A stretch of 64,000 bases of DNA from Clostridiales bacterium (GCA_015069395.1 SVIR01000002.1:82005-146004); one strand, 5' to 3'; shown: positions 35,935 to 46,452, counted from the first letter of the stretch. A program made the numbers and translations. Notes: generated by a model not told the origin, from the sequence alone.

Positions 35935-36804
35935 ATGAGAAAGTTTCGAATCGATCCTGTGTCATTGATTGTCTGGGTATGGTTGTTTTTTGCGTTGGGA
36001 TTTCAGTATGCGTTGTCTTATTTTTTTGCAATAGTTGTACACGAGTTGGGGCATTATTTTGTCGCCAAGAGATTGGGATATAAACTCAATCTTTGCTCCG
36101 TGTCAGTCTATGGGGTTTCTCTTTCTTATCTTGACGAGGAGATTGACCATAAAGACGAATTTAAAATCGCAATAGCTGGACCAATTGCAAATCTTGTTTT
36201 TGTTTTGTTGACAATTTCAATCTGGTGGATTTTTCCAGATTTTTATTTTTTCAGCGTAGAGTTTGTACAAATTGGCATGGCATTGGCATTAATAAATTTG
36301 TTACCTTGCTATCCACTAGATGGTGGAAGAATGTTTGTAAGTTTAAGCTCTAAATTTTTGAGTTCAAAAACTTCAAAAAAGCTGACTATGATTTTTAATC
36401 TGATTTTTGCAACATTGTTTTTTGTTTTGTTTTTAATTTTTTGCTTTATAAATTTCAACCCTTCTTATTGTTTGTTTGCCGTTTTTTTATTTGCTGGAAG
36501 TTTAGACTTACAAAAGAGTTGCAAATATGACAAGATAAACCTTTTCTCAAAAAAAGGCAAAAATTTTGTCAAACCTACCATCATTTGTGTTTATGAAGAT
36601 GTTACAATTAGAGAACTGATCAAAAAAACTGCACAATCCAAAACGGTTGTATTTTGTTTGATTTTAGAAAATGGAAAAACAATTAATATAAGTGAAAAAT
36701 TGTTGATTAAACTGAGTTTAAATTTTTCTTTAGGCACTACATTAAAAGATATTTTTTTGATTTTAAACAATAAAAATAATATTAAAACTATAAAAATTAA
36801 ATAA
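35935..36804 (+). CDS. M50 site-2 metalloprotease, SpoIVFB-like (multi-TM with a CBS-like C-terminal domain)
   Basis: HELGHYFVAKRLGY (HExxH), NLLPCYPLDGGRM, ~6 TM. SD gggagg before the ATG at 35935. Confidence 0.7.
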   Translation: MRKFRIDPVSLIVWVWLFFALGFQYALSYFFAIVVHELGHYFVAKRLGYKLNLCSVSVYGVSLSYLDEEIDHKDEFKIAIAGPIANLVFVLLTISIWWIFPDFYFFSVEFVQIGMALALINLLPCYPLDGGRMFVSLSSKFLSSKTSKKLTMIFNLIFATLFFVLFLIFCFINFNPSYCLFAVFLFAGSLDLQKSCKYDKINLFSKKGKNFVKPTIICVYEDVTIRELIKKTAQSKTVVFCLILENGKTINISEKLLIKLSLNFSLGTTLKDIFLILNNKNNIKTIKIK

Positions 36805-36882
36805 AAAAACATTTTTTTTGATTTTTTTCTTTTAAAATTAATTTTTTATTTAATTTTTATTCTTAATTAATTAATTCTTAAT

Positions 36883-37329
36883 TTAATTATTTAAAAAAGG
36901 CAACAATTTATCAATATTTTTTCTTTCAAATTCATAGAGTTTGTCAATTATTTCGTCAAGTTCGTCAGAGACATTTTTGTGATCAGATTTGTCCTTAATG
37001 CAGGTGATTACACCCATAAAAGTGCCCATCAACATAAGTTCGGCTATATTTCGATTTGTCTTGTCGGTCATGGTGCCCATATTAATGCTTGCCCAAAGTT
37101 TTGTTTTTTCGATCCAGTTGTTGTCTTTTAAGTCTTCAATCTTTTCGGCTTTAGCAAAGTTTTCACATTCTTTAGCAAGACAACTATATGCGTCTTGCTC
37201 AATTGAAAGTTCTTCAATAAACTTGTCGTCTTGGACTTTGGGGAGTATGTCCTCAATTGATTGAATTGCTGTTCTAGTATTTTGATAGATTGCATTAAGA
37301 TATTTTGTTATGTTTTCTTTGTTTTCCAT
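36883..37329 (-). CDS. Hypothetical all-helical protein (four-helix-bundle-like)
   Basis: 148 aa, SD aaggag. No diagnostic motif recognised. Confidence 0.55.
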   Translation of the reverse strand: MENKENITKYLNAIYQNTRTAIQSIEDILPKVQDDKFIEELSIEQDAYSCLAKECENFAKAEKIEDLKDNNWIEKTKLWASINMGTMTDKTNRNIAELMLMGTFMGVITCIKDKSDHKNVSDELDEIIDKLYEFERKNIDKLLPFLNN

Positions 37330-37453
37330 TATTGTTCTCCTTTTATCTTATTGTTGTTCGTTTTGTATAAGATATTCAAAAAAAATCAAAATTCTACAAT
37401 TTTTGCAAAAAGTTGGTTGCATACAAAACCAAATTGTTTCTCACTCTATTGGT

Positions 37454-38854
37454 ATGAAAACATCAACAAAAATTTTAATAGTTTTGACAATTGCTCTTTT
37501 AGTAGCAAATATATTTTTAACTCCTTATCTTTTGAGGGCGATAGTTCCTACAGAAACAGGATTTCAATTCGCATTTGGTCCTTTAGCTTGGGTCGCATTG
37601 GTGTTTCAGATTTTGTTTAATCTGTTTTTTATAATTTTGTTTTTCAAATTTTTAAGAACACAAAAACTTAGAAATGCCATTTTTTTCTCAGTATTTCCAT
37701 TGACTTTGCTATATGCCAGTTTACTTGTATATTTGACTGATGTAAAGAATTTGGATGGGGTGACAGCAGAATCTGTAAGAGCGTCATTGAACATCTCTGC
37801 TACTGCAAATTCTTACAACAATTATCTTTGGGCCGGACTTTTGACAATTGTTTATCTTTTATTGTTTTTCTTCATTTTGTATGTTTCTTGCAGGCCTTTA
37901 AATAAAGTAGAAAAAGTAACAAACAAACTCAGTGACGGAAGATTAAAAGACGACAACGTAAAAATAGGTGGGGGCAAACAGTTTAGAGAGATTGAAAATT
38001 CACTTAACAAGATTAATTTCAATTATAAAGAGAAAGATAATAAACTTAAAAAAGCAAACGTTTCTACAAAAAATTCTCAAGATATTGAGAGGCTCTTGGG
38101 CAAAAATTTATTTGACGATGTTAGAAATGGCCATACTGTGAACAAAAAAGCAACCCTTTTGTATTGTAATTTGAAATATAAAGACCTAAAAACATTGACC
38201 TTGGAAGAAAATTTCAACTATATAAACTCTTATATTAAAATAGTTTCTCCTTTGGTTAAGAGGTACAATGGATTTGTAGATACATTTTTTGGTGATGGAA
38301 TCTTGGCTGTTTTTGAAAAATCTAGGGACTGTATTGAATGTGCACACACTATTATTAGGGCAGTTGAAGTAAAAAATAAAAATCAAAAACATACAATTGA
38401 GCCAAAAGTTTCGATTGCAACCATAGACCTTTCTTTTGGCGTAGTGGAACAAGAAGATAAAAAGGTTGTGGGAATAATCTCTGATAAATTGACAGTGCTT
38501 TCAAAGATTGACGAAATAAACTCTTATATTAACACCAAGATGTTGTTTTCAAAAGATACATTGAATGATTTGCCACAAAAATTTGAATTTGATTATAGAT
38601 ATACAGGAAACTTGTCTTTAGAAAATGACGATAATATTGCATTATATGAAAGCTTGGAGGTATACAGAAAATCAATTCGAGACAAACTTAAAAAACTCAG
38701 AAAGGCTTTTGAAAGTGGGGTAAGGGCTTATAATGTAAAAGATTATGAGTTTGCAAAAGAAAATTTCGAGACTGTTTTGCGCAGTTATCCCGACGATAAA
38801 GCTTCTTATGTATACTTTAACAAATGCGTAGAGAAAATGAAAAAACCTGCTTGA
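37454..38854 (+). CDS. Membrane sensor: multi-TM, HAMP, class III nucleotidyl-cyclase homology domain (degenerate) and TPR-like tail
   Basis: Start moved to MKTSTKILIV because the longer ORF overlaps the convergent gene. Cyclase-like blocks ATLLYCNLKYKD...FFGDGILAVF...VSIATIDLSFGVV...ISDKLTVLSKIDE. C-terminal AYNVKDYEFAKENFETVLRSYPDDKASYVYFNKC. Confidence 0.6.
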   Translation: MKTSTKILIVLTIALLVANIFLTPYLLRAIVPTETGFQFAFGPLAWVALVFQILFNLFFIILFFKFLRTQKLRNAIFFSVFPLTLLYASLLVYLTDVKNLDGVTAESVRASLNISATANSYNNYLWAGLLTIVYLLLFFFILYVSCRPLNKVEKVTNKLSDGRLKDDNVKIGGGKQFREIENSLNKINFNYKEKDNKLKKANVSTKNSQDIERLLGKNLFDDVRNGHTVNKKATLLYCNLKYKDLKTLTLEENFNYINSYIKIVSPLVKRYNGFVDTFFGDGILAVFEKSRDCIECAHTIIRAVEVKNKNQKHTIEPKVSIATIDLSFGVVEQEDKKVVGIISDKLTVLSKIDEINSYINTKMLFSKDTLNDLPQKFEFDYRYTGNLSLENDDNIALYESLEVYRKSIRDKLKKLRKAFESGVRAYNVKDYEFAKENFETVLRSYPDDKASYVYFNKCVEKMKKPA

Positions 38855-38875
38855 CTTTAGGCAGGTTTTTGTTTT
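38842..38875 (+). terminator. Intrinsic terminator overlapping the cyclase stop codon
   Basis: aaaacctgc-(10 nt)-gcaggtttt followed by tgtttt. Confidence 0.5.
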
Positions 38876-38886
38876 ATCATTTTAAT

Positions 38887-40430
<1,544 letters not shown>

Positions 40431-40469
40431 TTTGTTTGGGCTTCTAATTCGTAAGCTCAAACAACATTT

Positions 40470-40559
40470 GCAGAGGTGTCCGAGTGGTTTAAGGTGCAGC
40501 CCTGGAAAGGCTGTGTGTGAGAAATTGCACCAAGAGTTCGAATCTCTTCCTCTGCGCCA
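40470..40559 (+). tRNA. tRNA-Ser (anticodon GGA), class II with a long variable arm and encoded CCA
   Basis: Acceptor GCAGAGG/CCTCTGC. Anticodon stem CAGCC/GGCTG with loop CTGGAAA. T arm AAGAG-TTCGAAT-CTCTT. Discriminator G followed by CCA. Confidence 0.85.
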
Positions 40560-40711
40560 ATAATATATATTGATAAAAAATTTGTATATATTTAAAGATG
40601 CTCTTGATAAACCTTAGGCGAGAAGACAAGACAAAACATCGGGAAGAAAAACATTGAAATTAAGGATATGAAAAATTTTTGATTTGCAAAATGAGTGGTT
40701 AAGGGGACTAT

Positions 40712-41179
40712 ATGGTAATTAAAAAATTTAGCCAGTTAAGCGAAAAACAATTAGACATGTTGATAAATGTCCATTTCAATCATTGGGTAAAACACAATCC
40801 TAAAATGGAAAAATCAAACATCGAATACAAATTTAAATCTATTTATGTCGGAGAAAACTTGCCGTTTGGAATTGTTTTGGAAGATAATGGGGAGATTGTT
40901 GGTTTTTGTGTTTTTAAAATTGAAAACTTGAAAAAACATCCGGAGTTTTATCCTTGGCTTTCAGATGTAATGATTTTAGAACCCTTTAGAGGCAAAGGGT
41001 ATGGCAAAAAACTATTAGAAAATGGACAAAAAGTATTGAGTGATTTGGGATATAACCGAATTTATGTGTGGACAGATCAAGCCCCAGATTTTTATAAAAA
41101 ACTAGGGTTCGTTTATAAACAACAAGTGGAAAAAAATGAAGGTGGTTTTGGTCAACTTTTTTACAAAGATATAAAATAG
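40712..41179 (+). CDS. GNAT-family N-acetyltransferase
   Basis: ILEPFRGKGYGKKLLENGQKVLSDLGYNRIYVWT (acetyl-CoA-binding motif A). Confidence 0.75.
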   Translation: MVIKKFSQLSEKQLDMLINVHFNHWVKHNPKMEKSNIEYKFKSIYVGENLPFGIVLEDNGEIVGFCVFKIENLKKHPEFYPWLSDVMILEPFRGKGYGKKLLENGQKVLSDLGYNRIYVWTDQAPDFYKKLGFVYKQQVEKNEGGFGQLFYKDIK

Positions 41180-41231
41180 GTTGTCGTAAGGCAAGTTTTT
41201 ATCGATTTTGGTAGAATATTGTTAAAAATGT

Positions 41232-41260
41232 TTGCGATAAGATTTTGTTGGTGATATAAT
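41232..41260 (+). promoter_or_regulatory. Sigma-A-type promoter TTGCGA-17-(TGa)TATAAT
   Basis: -35 at 41232-37 and extended -10 at 41252-60, 22 nt before the ATG at 41283. Confidence 0.45.
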
Positions 41261-41282
41261 GCTGTCTATACAGTGATTTTTA

Positions 41283-41990
41283 ATGAAAAATAAAATATTA
41301 AATTGGTCAAATTTATTTTTATTGGTTTGTTTCGTTGCTTATACTACCATAGCAATTATTTTTTCTTCGTGGTTGACTTGGTTGGTTTGGGCAAGTGCAC
41401 TTTTTGGTGTTTTGGCAATGAAAACAAACTCAGATGCAAAATGGTCATACTTTGTATTTGATATTTCTAGTTATGCCATCTATATCTTAGTTTGTTATAA
41501 TGCAAATTATATTGGCGAAATTGTTTTAGCATGTATTGTTATTATTATAGACATTTGTTCGTTAATTGAGTGGGTTAGGAACCAACAAAACAAAGTAATT
41601 AAAATTAGACATATCAGCACAAAAGAAATTTTTATTTCTTGTATGGTTAGTTTGGTTTTGTTTGTTGCTTATTTTTTGTTTTTATATTATTTAGGCTCTG
41701 ATCTTCCGGTTTTAAATGCTATTGCAACAGTAGTTTATTTGCTTGGAAATTATTTTTGTTATCGTAGAACGCTATTGCAGTTTTATTGCTTGATGGCCTA
41801 TGAAGCCATATTCATAATATTGTGGATTATTTCTGCTTGTCAAGGTGACTTTGGAAATGTGATTTTTATGATAGGTGGTTTCTGTGAGATTGTTTATGAA
41901 ATAATGGGAGCTAGAAACTGGGAAAAAATAAAGGCAGAACAGAGAGACACTGTTTTGGTTATGATTTCAATTATTAAAAGTGATTTATAA
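41283..41990 (+). CDS. PnuC-like nicotinamide riboside/NMN transporter family protein
   Basis: 235 aa, 7-8 TM. The pattern parallels PnuC: ...KWSYFVFDISSYAIYILVCY..., ...DICSLIEWVRNQQNKVIKIR..., ...CYRRTLLQFYCLMAYEAIFIILWI... Confidence 0.5.
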   Translation: MKNKILNWSNLFLLVCFVAYTTIAIIFSSWLTWLVWASALFGVLAMKTNSDAKWSYFVFDISSYAIYILVCYNANYIGEIVLACIVIIIDICSLIEWVRNQQNKVIKIRHISTKEIFISCMVSLVLFVAYFLFLYYLGSDLPVLNAIATVVYLLGNYFCYRRTLLQFYCLMAYEAIFIILWIISACQGDFGNVIFMIGGFCEIVYEIMGARNWEKIKAEQRDTVLVMISIIKSDL

Positions 41991-42002
41991 AAGCAAGGGT
42001 AG

Positions 42003-42596
42003 GTGAAAATGAATTTCTTTACGAGTGATGTGCATTTTAATGACGAGCCAACTATGATTAATGATAATTTGCCGTTTAAAAGCATTAAGGCGTATGACAA
42101 AAAAACAATTAAAACTTTCAATAAGCAAGCCGGCAAAAACGATACAATTTTTGTGATTGGCGATTTGTTGGATTGTGACAATGCAAGTTGCGAAGGCTGG
42201 AAGAAGGCGATTCATTATGTTAAGAAAATCAAGGCTAAAATTGTGTTGATAATGGGAAACAATGAAGAAAGAATAGTTAAATATTTTTTTGATGGCGATT
42301 TTGAAAAATTTAGGCAATTGTGTCTTTCGTTAGGATATCAAGATGTATGTTTCAACAAAACTCTGACTGTTGAGGGGCAAGAATTTTATCTGACCCATAG
42401 ACCAATAGACTGCAAGAAGGATAGAATGAATTTGTTTGGACATACCCACAGAGCTGGTGGGCTTTATAGAGATTATGGATTTAATGTCAGTTTCGATGTA
42501 AATCATTTTAAATTATACAACGAAAAAGATATAAAATTTTTGCTTTATTTAAGAGAAAGCAACTGGGCAGATTCAAAAGACTTAAAAGTTTTTTAA
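42003..42596 (+). CDS. Calcineurin-like metallophosphoesterase
   Basis: FFTSDVHFN, VIGDLLD, IMGNNEE, THRP, FGHTHR. Confidence 0.7.
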   Translation: MKMNFFTSDVHFNDEPTMINDNLPFKSIKAYDKKTIKTFNKQAGKNDTIFVIGDLLDCDNASCEGWKKAIHYVKKIKAKIVLIMGNNEERIVKYFFDGDFEKFRQLCLSLGYQDVCFNKTLTVEGQEFYLTHRPIDCKKDRMNLFGHTHRAGGLYRDYGFNVSFDVNHFKLYNEKDIKFLLYLRESNWADSKDLKVF

Positions 42597-42620
42597 GACG
42601 GAAATTACCGTCTTTTTTTT
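42595..42620 (+). terminator. Intrinsic terminator
   Basis: aagacgg-aaatta-ccgtctt followed by tttttt. Confidence 0.6.
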
Positions 42621-43659
42621 ACTTAAAATATTGTTCGTTGTAAATTATTGATTTGTGATTTGGATAAAGTTTTTTCGCCCGTTGGTGATATTTCTTCGCT
42701 TGTTGAAAATCAGTTTGATAAAGCAAACGAGAGAGTTCTAAAAGAGGGACTAAATCTTCATATGTTGAATCTACAAAGCCTTGTGTTTGAGGGTGGCAAT
42801 TTAGGGCAAATTTAAACCAACAGATACAATCTTTATTGAGTTTTTCTGCCAAATAACCGATTTTACAACACAATTCAGCAGAGGGATTATGCTTTTTTAA
42901 AGCCTCCAACAAAACGTCAAAAGCTTTTTTAAGTTTTTCTTGTTTTTTTAAACACTCAGAGAGCATTAGGTATGCTCCAAGATTATCTGCAGCATATGTG
43001 TTTTCATATTTTAAAAATTTTTTAAATATTTGTATTGCTTTTGAGATTTGTTTGTTGTAAAAAAGCTCTCTGCCATAATAGTAAGTGTCTCTAGGAGAAA
43101 GGGGTGTGCCAATTTTTATTGCATTTTGATACAGCTTTAGATTTCGCTTAGGGTCTTGAACAAGCTCTTTTCTATGCTCAATTTCTATATCTGTATAAAC
43201 AATGTTTCCTTGAGCTTCGATTGCTTCGTGAACAAACCCTTTCCATTGAAAATTTTTAGCGCGATTTAATATTCGTTCTCGATAAAATACCAAATTCTCC
43301 ATTCGATATTTGAACATAAAAACGTCTGCTAGAGGAAGCTTTTTCAGTTGTTTTATTTTTTCAATGTTCTGTTTTGTAATAAAATCGTCTGCATCAAGCC
43401 ACATCTGATAATCGCAAGTTGCTTGTTTAAAGCTGAAATTCCTAGCATTTGAAAAGTTGTTGTCCCATTTGAAATCCAAAACCTTTGTTGCATAAGTCTT
43501 TGCGATTTCTTTAGAGTTGTCGCTAGAGCCGGTGTCTACAACAATTATTTCGTCAGCAAATTGTTTTACGCAATCAAGAACCCGAGACAAGGTTTTGCTT
43601 TCGTTTTTCATAATCATACATACACTTATAGTTTTCATATTTTTTTTATATTCTGGCAA
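42619..43659 (-). CDS. Family-2 glycosyltransferase fused to a TPR-like helical domain (SunS-like architecture)
   Basis: ISVCMIMKNES...IIVVDTGSSDNS...WDNNFSNARN...WLDADD...FVHE..., then TPR-like helices. 43659 is a TTG; the ATG at 43638 (MKTISVC) is an alternative start. Confidence 0.75.
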   Translation of the reverse strand: MPEYKKNMKTISVCMIMKNESKTLSRVLDCVKQFADEIIVVDTGSSDNSKEIAKTYATKVLDFKWDNNFSNARNFSFKQATCDYQMWLDADDFITKQNIEKIKQLKKLPLADVFMFKYRMENLVFYRERILNRAKNFQWKGFVHEAIEAQGNIVYTDIEIEHRKELVQDPKRNLKLYQNAIKIGTPLSPRDTYYYGRELFYNKQISKAIQIFKKFLKYENTYAADNLGAYLMLSECLKKQEKLKKAFDVLLEALKKHNPSAELCCKIGYLAEKLNKDCICWFKFALNCHPQTQGFVDSTYEDLVPLLELSRLLYQTDFQQAKKYHQRAKKLYPNHKSIIYNEQYFK

Positions 43660-43747
43660 TATTTAAATGGTTATTTTTCAAAAATGCTTGGCGTTTGATG
43701 TCGATTATGTTAATATAAGTGAGATAATAATATTTAAAGGGGCGCTT

Positions 43748-44614
43748 ATGAAAAAAATAGCCGTTGTTACGGATACAAACAGTGGAATTACACAAGAAGA
43801 GGCAAGAGAGCTTGGAGTAAAACTTGTTCCAATGCCTTTTATTATAAATGACGAGATTTGCTTTGAAGGCATTGAGTTGACGCAAGAGAAATTTTATGAG
43901 ATTCAATCTAGTGGAACAAAAATTTCTACTTCTCAACCAAATATCAACGAAATTGTTGAGCTTTGGGAAAAACTCTTGAAAGAATATGACGAAATTGTTT
44001 ATATCCCTATGTCAAGTGGATTGAGCAAAAGTTGTGAAACAGCACAAGGTTTCGCAAATCAATTTGATGGAAAAGTTCAAGTTGTTGACAACAAAAGAGT
44101 GTCTATCACAATGAAAGGCTCTGTTGTCGATGCTGTTAATATGGTTAAAGACGGAAAGTCAGCCAAGCAGATTAAAGAATATTTAGAAGAAACGGCTTTA
44201 CATTCTTCAATATATCTTGTAGTAGACACCTTGAAATATTTGAAACAGGGAGGCAGGGTTACTCCAGCCGCAGCAGCTATAGCAACGGTTTTAAACATTA
44301 AGCCTATTTTACAAATTCAAGGTGGAAAACTTGATACTTATGCAAAAGTTATGAACATCAAGTCTGCTAAAATGAAGATGGTTGAGGCGATAAAGAAAGA
44401 TATTGAAGGGAGATTTAAGGCTTTTGCTAATTCGGGAAAGATTTGTTTGGCAATTGCTCATTCAAACAATCAAAACAATGCAATTCTTTTTGCTGAAGAA
44501 ATCAAAAAAGAATTTCCAAATATAGAGCTTAGATACGTTGACCCTCTTGCTTTGAGCATTGCTACTCATACAGGACCAAAGGTCTTGGCGCTTGCTTGTT
44601 TTAGAACATATTAA
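43748..44614 (+). CDS. DegV-family fatty-acid-binding protein
   Basis: Start moved to MKKIAVVTDTNSGI. TSQPN, IPMSSGLS. Confidence 0.85.
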   Translation: MKKIAVVTDTNSGITQEEARELGVKLVPMPFIINDEICFEGIELTQEKFYEIQSSGTKISTSQPNINEIVELWEKLLKEYDEIVYIPMSSGLSKSCETAQGFANQFDGKVQVVDNKRVSITMKGSVVDAVNMVKDGKSAKQIKEYLEETALHSSIYLVVDTLKYLKQGGRVTPAAAAIATVLNIKPILQIQGGKLDTYAKVMNIKSAKMKMVEAIKKDIEGRFKAFANSGKICLAIAHSNNQNNAILFAEEIKKEFPNIELRYVDPLALSIATHTGPKVLALACFRTY

Positions 44615-44639
44615 TTTAAAATACACTTTGGAGAGTTAT

Positions 44640-45506
44640 ATGAAAGATTGTATTTTTTGCAAAATCATAAATGGAGAGATGCCGTGTTACAAAATTTATG
44701 AAGACGATTTTTGCTTAGCCTTTTTGGATATATCAAACGATATTTTTGGTCACACATTGGTTATACCTAAAAAGCATTACGAAAGCGTAATGACTTGTGA
44801 CAACACTACGCTCGCGAGAGTTGCTGAAACTTGCAAAAAGGTTGGAAATCATTATGTAAAAGAGTGTGGTTTTGATGGATACAATATCTTAAACGCATCA
44901 GGAAAGGCTGCTGAGCAGTCTGTTTTTCACTTACATTTTCATATTTTGCCAAGAAAAAATGACGATGGGTACAAAACTTTTCCACATTTGCTTGGTTCGG
45001 GAGCTGAGCTTGTTGATGTTTGTGAAAAACTCAAGTTTATTGAAGAAAAGAAAGTAGAAGATTTTGGTGACTGTGTAATTTTGTACACAGATGGGGCTTG
45101 TTCGGGAAATCCTGGTGCAGGTGGTTGGGCTTCGATTTTAAATTATCAAGGAAAAGAAAAAATCTTCACTGGGGGAGAGCTGGAGACAACAAACAATCGC
45201 ATGGAACTTATGGCGATTATCGTGGGGCTTGAAAATATTAAGTCAGGAGCGAAAATCAAGGTGTTTAGTGACAGTGCTTATGTTGTAAATGCATTCAATC
45301 AAAATTGGCTTTCCAATTGGCAAAGAAACAACTGGAAAACAAGTGGCAAAAGCGACGTGTTAAACAAAGATTTGTGGCAAAGATTGTTGGCTGCAAAACA
45401 AGACAAAGAAGTTGAATTTGTCAAGGTTAAAGGTCATAGTGACAACGAAAACAACAATCGCTGTGATGCTTTGGCTAGAGAAGAAATTTCAAAGCTTAAT
45501 GGCTAA
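44640..45506 (+). CDS. HIT-family nucleotide hydrolase fused to RNase HI
   Basis: Start moved to MKDCIFCKI (SD ggagag). HIT motif VFHLHFHILPR. RNase HI residues all present: YTDGAC, NNRMEL, FSDSAYV, KGHSD, NNRCDALA. Confidence 0.8.
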   Translation: MKDCIFCKIINGEMPCYKIYEDDFCLAFLDISNDIFGHTLVIPKKHYESVMTCDNTTLARVAETCKKVGNHYVKECGFDGYNILNASGKAAEQSVFHLHFHILPRKNDDGYKTFPHLLGSGAELVDVCEKLKFIEEKKVEDFGDCVILYTDGACSGNPGAGGWASILNYQGKEKIFTGGELETTNNRMELMAIIVGLENIKSGAKIKVFSDSAYVVNAFNQNWLSNWQRNNWKTSGKSDVLNKDLWQRLLAAKQDKEVEFVKVKGHSDNENNNRCDALAREEISKLNG

Positions 45507-46432
45507 ACAATCAATACAAGCAAAAAGGTTGTCAAACCAGAAAAAGTTGCGTGTAGAAGCTTTTGAAAAATGAAAAATTTTGTTGGCATTTTGAGTTTCG
45601 CAAGCATTGTAAGTGACTGTAAGACTGTAGAAATTCCACCAAAACTTATTACGAAAGATGCTAAAATGGTTGCTAATGATGTGTTGGACAATGTCGACAG
45701 GTCAAGGCAACCTTTTGTTATTTCTATAAGGCCTTTCACAAAAAATTCAATCCCGTCAGGCAAAAATGAAATAAGAGGTGTAAAACAATCGATTATGATA
45801 AAGAAAATAGTAATAATACATCCAACTGACAGGATTGATAAGGTTGAGTTTGTGACCAGATCGGACAAGTCAAATTTTTGCTCTTTGGGAGGCTCATAAT
45901 CTTGAGTTTCTTCTTTTATTTTATAGTTTCTGAAAGCCAAACCATTTAAAATTGCTCCAAGAATATGACTAATAAACAAAATGTAACCAATTTTTGGGCT
46001 ATTAAACATACCAACGCCCACAGCGCCAACAATAAACATTGGCCCTGATGTAGAACAAAATGAGCTCATTTTAAAGGCATCTTGTTTTGTTATTTTTCCT
46101 TGCAAATAAAGGTCTGCAACCATTTTTGAGCCTACAGGATAACCAGATAATATTGCCATCAAAAAAGCATAGATCGACACGGGTGGAGTTTTAAAAAGTG
46201 TCGTGCTAAAATGTTTAAATGGAGCTGTCAAGCGAGGCATAATGTCGAGACTTGATAAAAGGCGAGTGAAAAACATAAACGGCAAAACGCTTGGCAAAAC
46301 ATTGAAAGCCCAAGCTGAAATTCCATCTAAGGAAACTTGAATGTATTTGGAGGGATTTGCTATCATACAAACCAAAACAAACAAAACAAAAATAGTCGCT
46401 AAAGTTTTGTAAAAGTTTTTCTCTGCTTTCAA
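45503..46432 (-). CDS. YlbJ-like nucleoside-recognition-domain sporulation membrane protein
   Basis: TTG start with SD aaggag 8 nt upstream. AWAFNVLPSVLPFMFFTRLL...ILSGYPVGSKM...FCSTSGPMFIVGAVG. Its stop overlaps the convergent HIT-RNase H stop (CTAA). Confidence 0.65.
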   Translation of the reverse strand: MKAEKNFYKTLATIFVLFVLVCMIANPSKYIQVSLDGISAWAFNVLPSVLPFMFFTRLLSSLDIMPRLTAPFKHFSTTLFKTPPVSIYAFLMAILSGYPVGSKMVADLYLQGKITKQDAFKMSSFCSTSGPMFIVGAVGVGMFNSPKIGYILFISHILGAILNGLAFRNYKIKEETQDYEPPKEQKFDLSDLVTNSTLSILSVGCIITIFFIIIDCFTPLISFLPDGIEFFVKGLIEITKGCLDLSTLSNTSLATILASFVISFGGISTVLQSLTMLAKLKMPTKFFIFQKLLHATFSGLTTFLLVLIV

Positions 46433-46452
46433 AATTTTATCTCCTTAATCAT

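Noticed and set aside
36805-36882. AT-only tandem repeat (attcttaattaatta / attcttaatttaatta) considered as a CRISPR or other repeat array
   Set aside because: There are only two short, adjacent copies with no spacers. It is low-complexity AT-rich DNA in a convergent intergenic gap, probably just a terminator-poor spacer.
40560-40711. tRNA-Ser 3' flank as an integration junction of a mobile element
   Set aside because: There is no integrase gene. I could not find a direct repeat of the tRNA 3' end downstream by eye. This is retained only as a low-key composition/synteny check in the findings.
43639-43660. TATAAA-N6-ATG(43638) as a fourth leaderless start, for the GT2-TPR gene
   Set aside because: No acceptable -35 element is found at 16-18 nt spacing (TAACCA at best), so the evidence is much weaker than for miaB, rarA and the DUF4364-like gene.
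42596-43750. Search for a glycocin-type precursor peptide next to the GT2-TPR gene
   Set aside because: The flanks contain only a terminator on one side and the divergent degV promoter region on the other. There is no small Cys-rich ORF with an SD.
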